The position numbers were made by a program, and so were the translations under genes. From an uncultured Nitrospirales bacterium (GTDB lineage: Bacteria > UBA10199 > JADGCS01), in assembly GCA_964526915.1 (NCBI GenBank), contig CAZGMS010000101.1, positions 1-56,562 on the forward strand: 56,562 nt of DNA, written 5' to 3'. The stretch's first letter is position 1; every line of letters starts with the position of its first letter. The notes under the pieces were generated by a model, which saw only the letters and a list, made by a program, of their open reading frames with translations, was not told the origin of the DNA and ran no database searches. Of this stretch, positions 28,275 through 36,961 are shown one piece after another.

Positions 28275-28976
28275 ATGAAGGATTCTGTGGCAATCAAATC
28301 TTATGGGATCTGGTGTTGTCTGGATTGTTCTGTCAGGAATGTTTCTGTGGCGCTCATACAGGATGGCACGGTGCTATCTTCCTTCAACGGATTTCCTCCT
28401 ATCTCACAATCCGAAGACCTCATGCGCCTTATCGAAGGAGTTTTTCTCGGGGCAGGTCGTAAGCCAGCTGACGTGCGACATGTTTTATTTTGCTCTGGCC
28501 CGGGTTCATTCACGTCACTACGGATTGGTTTGGCCACCCTCAAGGGATATTTTTGGACGGACGATGTGGTGTTCTGTACGGCGTCGTCACTTTTGTTTCG
28601 CTGTTATTCCGCTCATCAGAGCGGAGATCGCTTAACGATCAGTTTGATTCGTTTGGGTCGCAAACGAGTCGCCGCAGGTTTTTTGGAATGCAATGAAAAA
28701 GCTGAAGAGGGGAATTTTTCAGAAAAAATATTTGATGAGTCCGATTTTGGCCAGATCGTCCCAGTCGACTGCGAGTGCGTTCACCTGACGGGTGATGGCG
28801 TGGAGTTGCTCAAACCCGGTGTCGATCTTTCACGCGTGTCGCGACTCAGCCCCACCGACCCCCACAGCGTTGAGGCATTTTGGTCCATCATCGGGAAGGG
28901 ACAATTCATAAAAAGCGATTTGAATACGGTGGTGCTCAATTATCTGACACAACCCGATTTTGGGAAATCGAATTAA
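28275..28976 (+). CDS. tsaB: tRNA threonylcarbamoyladenosine biosynthesis protein TsaB (YeaZ-like)
   Basis: The central GPGSFTSLRIGLATLKG motif is typical of TsaB. The N-terminus is divergent. Confidence 0.75.
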   Translation: MKDSVAIKSYGIWCCLDCSVRNVSVALIQDGTVLSSFNGFPPISQSEDLMRLIEGVFLGAGRKPADVRHVLFCSGPGSFTSLRIGLATLKGYFWTDDVVFCTASSLLFRCYSAHQSGDRLTISLIRLGRKRVAAGFLECNEKAEEGNFSEKIFDESDFGQIVPVDCECVHLTGDGVELLKPGVDLSRVSRLSPTDPHSVEAFWSIIGKGQFIKSDLNTVVLNYLTQPDFGKSN

Positions 28977-29737
28977 AAATTCACGACGTATTTGGCTCCA
29001 AAGGCCAAGCCGTGTTGCCTCACATCGTAATCACTGAATCGATAGGCGGCCAGGGCACTGAAATTTCCCCACACGCGAACAGCCAGTTCATTCTCAACAA
29101 CGAATGAGTGATGATTGCCGTTGGCAGGACCGCCGTAGTTCAGGTAGTGATCCAAAAAGCCGCTCATGACAAATCTCTTGCTGAAGCGTTCGGGCAGGAT
29201 CTGCAGAGACCACCTGTGCTCAAAAGAGAACCCCCAGCCCGCGGAGGCGTCCAGGTCTGTTTGCAGAGGGTGGACCTGGCTGGACAGGGTGAGGTGAATC
29301 ATCTCGCAATAATTTTTGATCCAGACCGTGTCGGACAGGCGCCACCTGAGTCCCAGTTGGAGCATGTCGTTGCCAGCGCCTTGGGCAATCACGTATTGCA
29401 GGGCCAAATCGACAGGGATGGGTTCGTAGGGATTCCACCACAAATTGTGTTCGCTGTAAAAATTGTCGATTTCAAAATTGGCTCCATCGACGGCCATCTG
29501 AGAGTTGAAGTTGAAATAACTGTAATAACTGAAACGATAGGGGAGTTGAATATTGGTATCCAGCGCCAGACGGTTCATATCGCGCGTGTCATACGTGTAT
29601 CCCAGGCCCACAGCCCCGCCAATGCTATTGGAGCTGGCAGTGGGTTCGATGTACTCGACATCTTCCTGGGCAAAGGCTGTTGCGGTGGCCAGGCAGAGCA
29701 CGAGAATAATGGGAAATAAAAATATTATTTTTTTCAT
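28973..29737 (-). CDS. Outer-membrane beta-barrel protein (family not recognised)
   Basis: Signal peptide MKKIIFLFPIILVLCLATATAFA. Alternating aromatic/hydrophobic strands. C-terminal ...KYVVNF ending in Phe. AGGAG RBS. Confidence 0.65.
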   Translation of the reverse strand: MKKIIFLFPIILVLCLATATAFAQEDVEYIEPTASSNSIGGAVGLGYTYDTRDMNRLALDTNIQLPYRFSYYSYFNFNSQMAVDGANFEIDNFYSEHNLWWNPYEPIPVDLALQYVIAQGAGNDMLQLGLRWRLSDTVWIKNYCEMIHLTLSSQVHPLQTDLDASAGWGFSFEHRWSLQILPERFSKRFVMSGFLDHYLNYGGPANGNHHSFVVENELAVRVWGNFSALAAYRFSDYDVRQHGLAFGAKYVVNF

Positions 29738-29843
29738 AATGACTCCTTTTGCTGATCATAGAAGAAGCAAAATCATGAGTAAAGTGGAAACATCTCTTAT
29801 TGACGTTCTGCTTGGCAATTGATTATTGGTGGCACGTATTTTT

Positions 29844-29915
29844 GTCCTTGTAGCTCAGTGGATAGAGCAGTGGCCTCCGAAGCCATGTGCGCAGGTTCGA
29901 TTCCTGCCAGGGACG
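29844..29915 (+). tRNA. tRNA-Arg (anticodon CCG)
   Basis: Cloverleaf read by eye: acceptor GTCCTTG/CAGGGAC, D-arm GCTC-AGTGGATA-GAGC, anticodon arm GTGGC-CTCCGAA-GCCAT, T-arm GCAGG-TTCGATT-CCTGC. No CCA is encoded. Confidence 0.85.
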
Positions 29916-29942
29916 CTGTTAACATGCGGGTGGTTCTGCGAA

Positions 29943-30018
29943 GTCTGGGGCGCAAAGCGCTAAACATGCCCAATGGCATGTTCATCGCATTGCACGGTTC
30001 GATTCCTGCCAGGGACGC
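29943..30018 (+). pseudogene. Decayed tRNA-like copy, or att-like duplication of the tRNA-Arg 3' part
   Basis: GGTTCGATTCCTGCCAGGGACGC (29996-30018) is identical to tRNA positions 29894-29916. Upstream are degenerate arms GTCTGGG, GCGC-AAA-GCGC and CATGCC-CAAT-GGCATG. Weaker similarity continues about 35 nt past both copies. Confidence 0.5.
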
Positions 30019-30184
30019 AATTAACTCGTGGATGATTCTGTGAAATCTGGGTTTTTTAGAGGTGTCCTTAATCCAATAATATCAATCAGATAAACTGTGA
30101 TTGCCGCAAGTAGTATCTTTCTCTTACCCATCAATTGTACGATAGGAGAAATTCTGATAAAATAAGTTGTCGTTTATTCATTGT

Positions 30185-31090
30185 ATGAAAAAATATTATC
30201 TATCATGTCTGTTTTTGTTTTTGATCCTTTGTCCTTGTCTGAGTTTCGCTCAGGTTGACGACGAGTCACAGGCGTATGACGGAGGACAATCGGAAATTGT
30301 TGATTCTCAAGATGTGAATGATGTCTCAGCAGACGATCCCTCGGGGAAAGATGTTTCTCATAGTGCCGCTATTCCTGACGATTTTACGGGGACCTTCGCA
30401 GAAGATGACCCTGATAGTGAGGTGTATCAGGAACATCAAATATTCGGCGAGGATGAAGCGGAGGATGAAGAAGAAGAGGGGGAAGCTGTCGATGAAGGCC
30501 CCACACATTTATTAAAACTTGAGTTTGAGTCACAGGTGGTCGTGAGCGATGCCTTGGCGGCGACTCCTTTTTTGGAAATCAGCTACACGCTCAAGCTTGA
30601 ACAGGAAATCGAGGTTGTGAACAGACGTTTTCGCACCAAAGCCGAAGCCCAGGTCACCACAGACGTTGTGGGTACGATCGCTGGGAACGAATTGTTCACC
30701 TGCAAACTGGAGGTCCAACTTAACCAGGTCGAAGCCGATATCATGGCCCGTTACACATTGGTGGAAGAAACCGAGGAAACCGAGGCCATCAGCCAATTGG
30801 CTGTTCAAATCAAGTTTGCCCGGGATGGGCTGATGGAAGATTGGTTTTCGAATTGTTTGGGGACTGATGGCAGTATTCTCAACACCAAGGGCGACCGCGA
30901 AAAATACCTGCTGACCACGCTCGATAGTGTCACTCCAGATCTGAAGGGGATCGTGTTCGAATCCTATGACATAACTACTGAGGTTTCACAAGACATTGCC
31001 GCAGAACCCTTGCTCATCGAAGATGCTGACACACACGAGGAGTTTATGTTGCAGGGGAGTGGCTCGATTGAAGTGACTCCCATTGAATGA
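30185..31090 (+). CDS. Hypothetical secreted acidic protein
   Basis: Signal peptide MKKYYLSCLFLFLILCPCLSFAQ followed by a D/E-rich low-complexity region. No domain was recognised. Confidence 0.6.
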   Translation: MKKYYLSCLFLFLILCPCLSFAQVDDESQAYDGGQSEIVDSQDVNDVSADDPSGKDVSHSAAIPDDFTGTFAEDDPDSEVYQEHQIFGEDEAEDEEEEGEAVDEGPTHLLKLEFESQVVVSDALAATPFLEISYTLKLEQEIEVVNRRFRTKAEAQVTTDVVGTIAGNELFTCKLEVQLNQVEADIMARYTLVEETEETEAISQLAVQIKFARDGLMEDWFSNCLGTDGSILNTKGDREKYLLTTLDSVTPDLKGIVFESYDITTEVSQDIAAEPLLIEDADTHEEFMLQGSGSIEVTPIE

Positions 31091-31115
31091 AGGTTCCTGA
31101 AGCACAAACAGACAA

Positions 31116-32576
31116 TCAACCAACCAGGCACCTGCCGTCTAAGCCACTGGGGATGGCTTTGCCCATGAGTTTGAGCAGGGTGGGGAACACATCAACTGAA
31201 CGGATGTATTGAGCCTCGATGGGATAATTCATCAGCAAAGGCACTTTCATGTGTTCCGGCAATAGGGCACCGTGGCTGGCTTTGTGCAAGGGAACCTCGA
31301 ACCGGTTGCGGAAATCGTACCCGCTGTTGGCCGACAGGACAATGTCGCCTGTTCGGTGTGAGCGAAAAAGCTGGTGCATTTGTACAAACACATCGGGGTA
31401 TTCAGAATCCCAAGTGAGCTCCAAGCTTTTATCGAAGGTGAAGCCTTCTTCAGGGTTAATGCTTTTGTTATTAAAAATACCCAAGGGATCTGTTTGAGTG
31501 AAGGTGTAGTGAATGATGTTCTGTGTGGTGTCGACAGAGAAATGGCTACAACCCTTTTTGTTCTGAAAGTAGATTGTTTCGTCTTGCGCTTGTGTGATGA
31601 CCAGGCTGACCTCCGGTCGGGCTACCAATTCGGCCAATAAATCGGTGTCTTTGACAAAATCTTCATGGGGAATACGACCCGACCACCCTTTGTCGTCCTT
31701 GAAATACAGGTGGCACATGCCGTTGCCCGAAACCATGGAGGCCGCATCGAATTTTCGTTTAAAAATATTGGTGTGATAGAGCGTTTTGATTTTTTTTTCT
31801 TTTTCGAGCCAAGGTCCCACGTCAAAATGTTCGGTTGTTTCACTCAGGCCGTGATCACTGACGATGACGAGAAGGGTTTCCTGTAGAATTTTTCGATCTT
31901 CCAGCATTTGAATGGTTTTTCCAATGTATTGGTCGGCTTCACGATAGGCTTGTCTGGTCCTTTCCGAAAAGGGTGATGTTCTGTGCGCGTACTCATCAAC
32001 TCCGGGAAATACCGTAAAAATGAAATCAAATTCTCTCTTGGTCACAATGCTCTCAAGCTTCTGAGCGGCCAGATGATCGATGAGGGACCATCTGTCTGTG
32101 AGGTGCGCGTAGTAATAGTAGAGTTCGCGTTGCTGTCGTGTCAGGTTGTGTTCTTTGATGAGACCTTTTGTGAGGCCTCCTAAAATATTGTAAGGGTGAT
32201 TGAAAACATGCCAGGCGGTCGTGATGTTGGCAGCAAGATCGCGGTCGAGCAGTCGGTTCTCCGGTCCACAGTAACTACGGATTGACCTGAACCCCCAGCC
32301 TTTTTTGGCATAGGACGCTTTGTCGAACCAGCGAATGCCAGGGATGTTGCATGTGCCGGGAAAGGCTCCGGTGAGGTAAGGAAGGTGCGCTGGCCCGGTT
32401 GTGGAGGGAAAACAGGTCAGCATTGTTTTTTGACATCCGTCCTGAACAAAAAATTTCTGCAGATGGGGCAAGTGGCCCTGCATGATCTCATGCGTCATGA
32501 CATCCGCCCGGGCGCCATCGATTAAAAATAGTATTGATCTTTTGAAAGGTTGAAATGGTGTCTGTGCGGGAGTCAT
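31116..32576 (-). CDS. Alkaline-phosphatase-superfamily enzyme (nucleotide pyrophosphatase/phosphodiesterase-like)
   Basis: FLIDGARAD, FPSTTGPAHLPYLTG, VSDHGL and ASHGAL match the AlkP/NPP metal-site layout. The start overlaps the upstream stop (ATGA). Confidence 0.7.
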   Translation of the reverse strand: MTPAQTPFQPFKRSILFLIDGARADVMTHEIMQGHLPHLQKFFVQDGCQKTMLTCFPSTTGPAHLPYLTGAFPGTCNIPGIRWFDKASYAKKGWGFRSIRSYCGPENRLLDRDLAANITTAWHVFNHPYNILGGLTKGLIKEHNLTRQQRELYYYYAHLTDRWSLIDHLAAQKLESIVTKREFDFIFTVFPGVDEYAHRTSPFSERTRQAYREADQYIGKTIQMLEDRKILQETLLVIVSDHGLSETTEHFDVGPWLEKEKKIKTLYHTNIFKRKFDAASMVSGNGMCHLYFKDDKGWSGRIPHEDFVKDTDLLAELVARPEVSLVITQAQDETIYFQNKKGCSHFSVDTTQNIIHYTFTQTDPLGIFNNKSINPEEGFTFDKSLELTWDSEYPDVFVQMHQLFRSHRTGDIVLSANSGYDFRNRFEVPLHKASHGALLPEHMKVPLLMNYPIEAQYIRSVDVFPTLLKLMGKAIPSGLDGRCLVG

Positions 32577-33358
32577 TTTTGGTGAGCGCCTCCTGTCGTT
32601 TGGTTGTTATCCGGGGGAACCCCCTTGATTTTGTTTAACTGCTTTTCCATACGGGCAAAGAGCTCATCAAAACCTTTTGTGGAAATGATCTGGTTGAATT
32701 GAAATTTGTAATTGGTGAGTAGGGAGGCATCGTCGACAACGACATCGTAAATCTTCCAGCCATAGGGTGTGAGCAGGAGCTTGTACGTGATGTTCAATGT
32801 GATTTTTTCCTTGGGCACATGCATGTCTGTGAAGACCGTGGCTTTCTCTTTTGTTTCGTCATCGAAAGATTCATTTTTATAGGAAATGCTGTAATATTTG
32901 TTTGTGCCTTTGAGCTGTTCCTTGGAAAAAATGGCTTTGGTTTCAAGCAGGGTCGTCATCATGCCCACAAAATGTTTTTGTTGGGCTTCGGATATGGCGT
33001 CCCAGTGCTTCCCAAGCGACAGGCGGCACAGCTCTTTGATGTCGAAGGTGCCCCGTATGATTTTCTGTTTGAGTGAACTGTTGTGTTCTGTCTGCTCAGC
33101 CGTGAGCTCTTTCCCGAGGTGATAGGTTTCGATCATTTGATCGAGACCTTTGATGGCTTGCATGGGCGTGCCAATTTCTTTTGGGTCAAGAGCCTTGGGG
33201 TTGTACTCTTCCTCCGGTGGGTATTGTATCTGATTGGTTACAGCGACCTGGTCTGATGGACTTGATGATGGCGCCTCCGGATTTTTTTTGGATGAGCAAC
33301 CACCTACGAAAATGAGGAAGAGTATGATGGGGATGAATAGGGGTTTGTGACTTGTCAA
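32573..33358 (-). CDS. MlaC/Ttg2D-family phospholipid-binding lipoprotein
   Basis: Lipobox FVGGCSS. YGWKIYDVVVDDASLLTNYKFQFNQII is typical of MlaC/toluene-tolerance proteins. TTG start with AGGAGG 5 nt upstream. Confidence 0.75.
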   Translation of the reverse strand: MTSHKPLFIPIILFLIFVGGCSSKKNPEAPSSSPSDQVAVTNQIQYPPEEEYNPKALDPKEIGTPMQAIKGLDQMIETYHLGKELTAEQTEHNSSLKQKIIRGTFDIKELCRLSLGKHWDAISEAQQKHFVGMMTTLLETKAIFSKEQLKGTNKYYSISYKNESFDDETKEKATVFTDMHVPKEKITLNITYKLLLTPYGWKIYDVVVDDASLLTNYKFQFNQIISTKGFDELFARMEKQLNKIKGVPPDNNQTTGGAHQK

Positions 33359-33368
33359 AAGATCCTCC

Positions 33369-34709
33369 TTAAAGAGCTTTAGTTCTTGCCTCTTGGCCGA
33401 TCGTTCCGAGTTTTTGTTTGAGCGTAGCCGCAGCCATGTTATAGTTGTAAATATTTTCTAAAACAGCGGCTTGAATCACCAAATAGGATTGCAGGGCATC
33501 CAGATATTCTTTTTTTTCTCCCAGACCGATGTCCAAATTGCTTTTGGTCAAAAAAACGATCTCCCTGGCGGCGCGCTGTTCCTTTTCGGCACGGGATAAA
33601 AATTTCTGCTTCTGTATAAAATCCAAATAGGCATTTTTCAAATCGACCTCGAGCAAACGATCATTTGACCGTTTTTCGGCGATGGCCTTGAGGTGCTCAG
33701 CCTTGGCTTTTTCGACATTGGCCTGGATTTTTCGAAAATCGAGTTCGTTGGACAATTCAAGCCCCGCGGCCGCGCGTGTGTAATTGAAAGGGTTATTGAA
33801 CGTATTGTCATCCTCGTCACCGATTATGTGAGGGCTGTTGCCGTATTCAAAATACCCACCAAATTTGAGCATGGGAAAATAGGCCTTTTTTTCAAGCTTG
33901 ACCTGCAGGTTTTTGGCGTTCACCTGATGTTGTAATAACTGAAATTCGGGACGTTTTGCCTTGGACGTCTGTAACAGGTTTTCATAGGCTTCGATGGCCA
34001 GGTAGTCTGTTGTGAGGGCCTTGTCCTTGATGTCGAAATCCACATCATCCCCGATGCCGGTGCGGACTTTGAGCATGGCGAGGGCGATGGTTTCTTTTTT
34101 ATGTGCTTCATCAAGGCGTTTTTCGACCTCATAGTACACCGCTTTGAGCTTTAATATTTGAAGCTGGTCGATATTCTCTTCTTTTTCCAGTTCGGCAATT
34201 TTTTCATGAATGGCATCCAGACCTTTGTTGGCCAGCACTTTGAGTTCTCTGGCCAGCAGAATGCCGTGATACAACTTGTGGATGTCGAGGATCACCTCAT
34301 CGGTTTTTTGTTTTGTCTTGAGCTGGGCGGCATCGATGCCGATTTCGGCCAGGTGTTTGTTGACTTCGATGCGGCCGAATGTGGTGATGGGAATCCCTGC
34401 CTCAAGCTTGATGGAATTGAAAACGGAGATATCTCCCGAGAGGAACGATACAGCGGGATTGTTCAAGTCTCTTGGGACTGGGGCCATGCGGTATTTGATG
34501 GTGACAACAGGGACATACCGCTTGGTTGCTTCGATCTTGCGGGCGATGTAGGCTTGCACATCGTATTCCTGCGCCTTGATTTCCTCGTTGTTTCTGACGG
34601 CCATTTCAATGCAATCGCTCAAATTCAGACGGTATTGGGGGGGGGCGGCTAGGGCCCGTGATGGGAGAAATAATAAAAACGAGATGATGAGCAGTGAAAA
34701 TCTTTTCAT
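33369..34709 (-). CDS. TolC-family outer membrane efflux protein
   Basis: Signal peptide MKRFSLLIISFLLFLPSRALA. Two-repeat coiled-coil/beta architecture with TolC-like segments (LSDCIEMAVRNNEEIKAQEYDV...). Confidence 0.75.
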   Translation of the reverse strand: MKRFSLLIISFLLFLPSRALAAPPQYRLNLSDCIEMAVRNNEEIKAQEYDVQAYIARKIEATKRYVPVVTIKYRMAPVPRDLNNPAVSFLSGDISVFNSIKLEAGIPITTFGRIEVNKHLAEIGIDAAQLKTKQKTDEVILDIHKLYHGILLARELKVLANKGLDAIHEKIAELEKEENIDQLQILKLKAVYYEVEKRLDEAHKKETIALAMLKVRTGIGDDVDFDIKDKALTTDYLAIEAYENLLQTSKAKRPEFQLLQHQVNAKNLQVKLEKKAYFPMLKFGGYFEYGNSPHIIGDEDDNTFNNPFNYTRAAAGLELSNELDFRKIQANVEKAKAEHLKAIAEKRSNDRLLEVDLKNAYLDFIQKQKFLSRAEKEQRAAREIVFLTKSNLDIGLGEKKEYLDALQSYLVIQAAVLENIYNYNMAAATLKQKLGTIGQEARTKAL

Positions 34710-34790
34710 GGACATGGCAATCATTGAGCTCGGCGATTCTGTCACAGAATTGGCCCTGGTGTCAAAAGGGGTTTTGCACTGGCATGTTAT

Positions 34791-36206
34791 TTACAATATG
34801 TATTTACTCAGGTCCTGGTTATCGATAATTTTTACCAAACATTTCTGCACATAAGGGCTTGTGATTTCAAATGTCGTTCCCGCACGTTCATTGGCATCGT
34901 AGGAAACTTCTTCCATGACCTTTTCGAGGATGGTGTGTAATCTTCGAGCGCCAATGTTTTCCATTTGCTCATTGGCCTTGGCGGCAAAACTGGCGATTTC
35001 TTCCAACGCATCGTCCGTAAATTGCAGAGTGACATTTTCTGATCCCATGAGTGCCTTGTATTGCTTGGTGAGAGAATTCTGGGGCTCGGTGAGGATACGC
35101 AGAAAATCATGTTTGGTGAGGGAATTGAGCTCCACCCTGATGGGGAAACGTCCCTGAAGTTCGGGGATGAGATCGCTTGGTTTGGAGACATGAAACGCGC
35201 CAGAGGCAATGAATAAAATGTGATCTGTTTTGACGAAACCGTACTTGGTGGAGACTGTGGAGCCTTCAACGATGGGCAGGATATCCCGCTGAACACCTTC
35301 ACGGCTCACATCGGGACCTCCTCGAAGATCAGATCGTGAGGCGATCTTATCGATTTCGTCAATGAAGATGATCCCGTTATTTTCAACGAACGAAACGGCC
35401 ATTTTGGTGACTGTTTCCATGTCGATGAGTTTGGCCGCTTCTTCATGGGTCAGGATCTCGAGGGCTTCGGGAACGGGCACTTTTTTGCGTTTCTTTCCCT
35501 GTTGGAACATGCCTCCGAACATGTCGCGCAGGTTACTGGAGATGTCATCGAGAGAACCGCCGGCCGAGATGATTTCGACCATGGGGACTCCCGGGCCTCC
35601 GGTGAAGGCAGGGGGTTTGGGGCCTATGTCGAGATCGACCTTGCGGTCGTTGAGTTTGCCATCTCGCAACATCTGACGCAACTTTTCGCGGGTTCTCGAT
35701 GTGTCTTCTTCTTCGGGAACCGTGGTCTCTTCAATTCTCACCGGAGTCATAGTCATGTCTACGGGAGGTGCTTTTTTCTTTTTGATGGGGAGCAGGAGAT
35801 CCAACAGACGCTCTTCAGCCAAATCTTTGGCTTTGCCTTTGACGCATTCTTGTTCGCGTTGGCGAATCATGTTGACGCCAATTTCGGTGAGGTCACGGAT
35901 CATGGATTCCACATCTTTTCCCACGTAACCGACCTCTGTGAATTTGGAGGCTTCCACCTTGTAAAACGGTGATTCCGCCAGCTTGGCGAGTCTGCGGGCA
36001 ATCTCGGTTTTTCCCACACCGGTAGGGCCGATCATGATGATGTTTTTGGGGATGATTTCATCCTGCATGTCGCCTTTGACATTGAGTCTGCGCCAGCGGT
36101 TTCTCAAAGCGATGGCGACGCTTCTTTTGGCCTCATGTTGGCCGATGATGTAACGGTCAAGTTCCTGAACAATTTGTTTGGGTGTGTAATTTTTTATTTC
36201 GTTCAT
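34791..36206 (-). CDS. hslU: ATP-dependent protease ATPase subunit HslU
   Basis: [48 protein letters not shown] and [11 protein letters not shown] place the start at ATG 36206. Confidence 0.95.
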   Translation of the reverse strand: MNEIKNYTPKQIVQELDRYIIGQHEAKRSVAIALRNRWRRLNVKGDMQDEIIPKNIIMIGPTGVGKTEIARRLAKLAESPFYKVEASKFTEVGYVGKDVESMIRDLTEIGVNMIRQREQECVKGKAKDLAEERLLDLLLPIKKKKAPPVDMTMTPVRIEETTVPEEEDTSRTREKLRQMLRDGKLNDRKVDLDIGPKPPAFTGGPGVPMVEIISAGGSLDDISSNLRDMFGGMFQQGKKRKKVPVPEALEILTHEEAAKLIDMETVTKMAVSFVENNGIIFIDEIDKIASRSDLRGGPDVSREGVQRDILPIVEGSTVSTKYGFVKTDHILFIASGAFHVSKPSDLIPELQGRFPIRVELNSLTKHDFLRILTEPQNSLTKQYKALMGSENVTLQFTDDALEEIASFAAKANEQMENIGARRLHTILEKVMEEVSYDANERAGTTFEITSPYVQKCLVKIIDNQDLSKYIL

Positions 36207-36214
36207 GCTGTACG

Positions 36215-36249
36215 CGTGGATCGCTGATCGTGGATCGTGAATCGATTTT
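36215..36249. repeat. Five tandem heptamers (CGTGGAT CGCTGAT CGTGGAT CGTGAAT CGATTTT) in the hslV-hslU intergenic region
   Basis: Read directly. Same unit as the array at 36844..36920. Confidence 0.85.
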
Positions 36250-36299
36250 TGACAGGACATTGACAATCTGTGCGTGATTCACGAGACACAACTGACAAT

Positions 36300-36839
36300 T
36301 CACTCTTCAATGCTCTCCAGGGTGATGTTGTGGTTTGTATAGATACAAATATCGCCGGCGATTTTCATGGACTCTTCGGCGATCTGCTTGACGCTTAACT
36401 TTGTGTGCGTCATCAAGGCTCGGGCCGCGGCCAGGGCAAACATGCCCCCTGAGCCAATGGCCGCAATGCCATCGTCTGGTTCGATCACATCTCCATTTCC
36501 TGAGATGGTGAATAAACTTTCTTTGTCTGCCACAATGAGCAGGGCTTCAAGTCGTCTGAGGACTTTGTCTGTTCGCCAGTCTTTGGCCAACTCGACTGCG
36601 GCACGTTTGAGATTGCCGGAATATTCCTTGAGTTTGGCTTCAAATCTTTCGAACAAGGTGAAGGCATCGGCTGTGGAGCCTGCGAACCCGGCGATGACTT
36701 TGTCTTCGTTCATGCGGCGCACTTTTTTGGCCTTGCCTTTGAGGATAGTATTGCCCAGACTAACTTGGCCGTCACCTGCCATGGCGACCGAATTCCCTTT
36801 TTTGATGGCAATGATGGTGGTTGCGTGTGTTTCGTACAT
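36300..36839 (-). CDS. hslV: ATP-dependent protease subunit HslV
   Basis: [21 protein letters not shown] (N-terminal Thr protease), 179 aa. Confidence 0.95.
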   Translation of the reverse strand: MYETHATTIIAIKKGNSVAMAGDGQVSLGNTILKGKAKKVRRMNEDKVIAGFAGSTADAFTLFERFEAKLKEYSGNLKRAAVELAKDWRTDKVLRRLEALLIVADKESLFTISGNGDVIEPDDGIAAIGSGGMFALAAARALMTHTKLSVKQIAEESMKIAGDICIYTNHNITLESIEE

Positions 36840-36843
36840 ATTT

Positions 36844-36961
36844 CGTGGATCGTGGATCGTCGATCGTTGATCGTTGATCGTTGATCGTTGATCGTGGATC
36901 GTGGATCGTGGATCGTGGATCGATAAATTATACGATCCACGATTGACGATTAACGATTAAC
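36844..36961. repeat. Eleven tandem GATC-containing heptamers (CGTGGAT/CGTTGAT/CGTCGAT, 36844-36920) followed by four inverted units (36933-36961)
   Basis: Read directly. CGTGGATCG (36914-36922) and CGATCCACG (36933-36941) form a perfect 9-bp inverted repeat around ATAAATTATA. The array fills the xerC-hslV intergenic region and overlaps the xerC stop. Confidence 0.9.
36927..36932 (-). promoter_or_regulatory. Perfect TATAAT (-10-like) hexamer on the hslV coding strand, at the centre of the heptamer palindrome
   Basis: Plus-strand ATTATA equals TATAAT on the minus strand, 88 nt upstream of the hslV ATG. No convincing -35 was found. Confidence 0.3.

Noticed and set aside
36844-36961. The heptamer arrays as a DnaA-box cluster or replication origin.
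   Set aside because: The units share only the TGGAT core with the DnaA box TGTGGATAA. No full 9-mers, no AT-rich unwinding element and no dnaA/dnaN context are present, and the same units occur in three separate promoter-proximal places.
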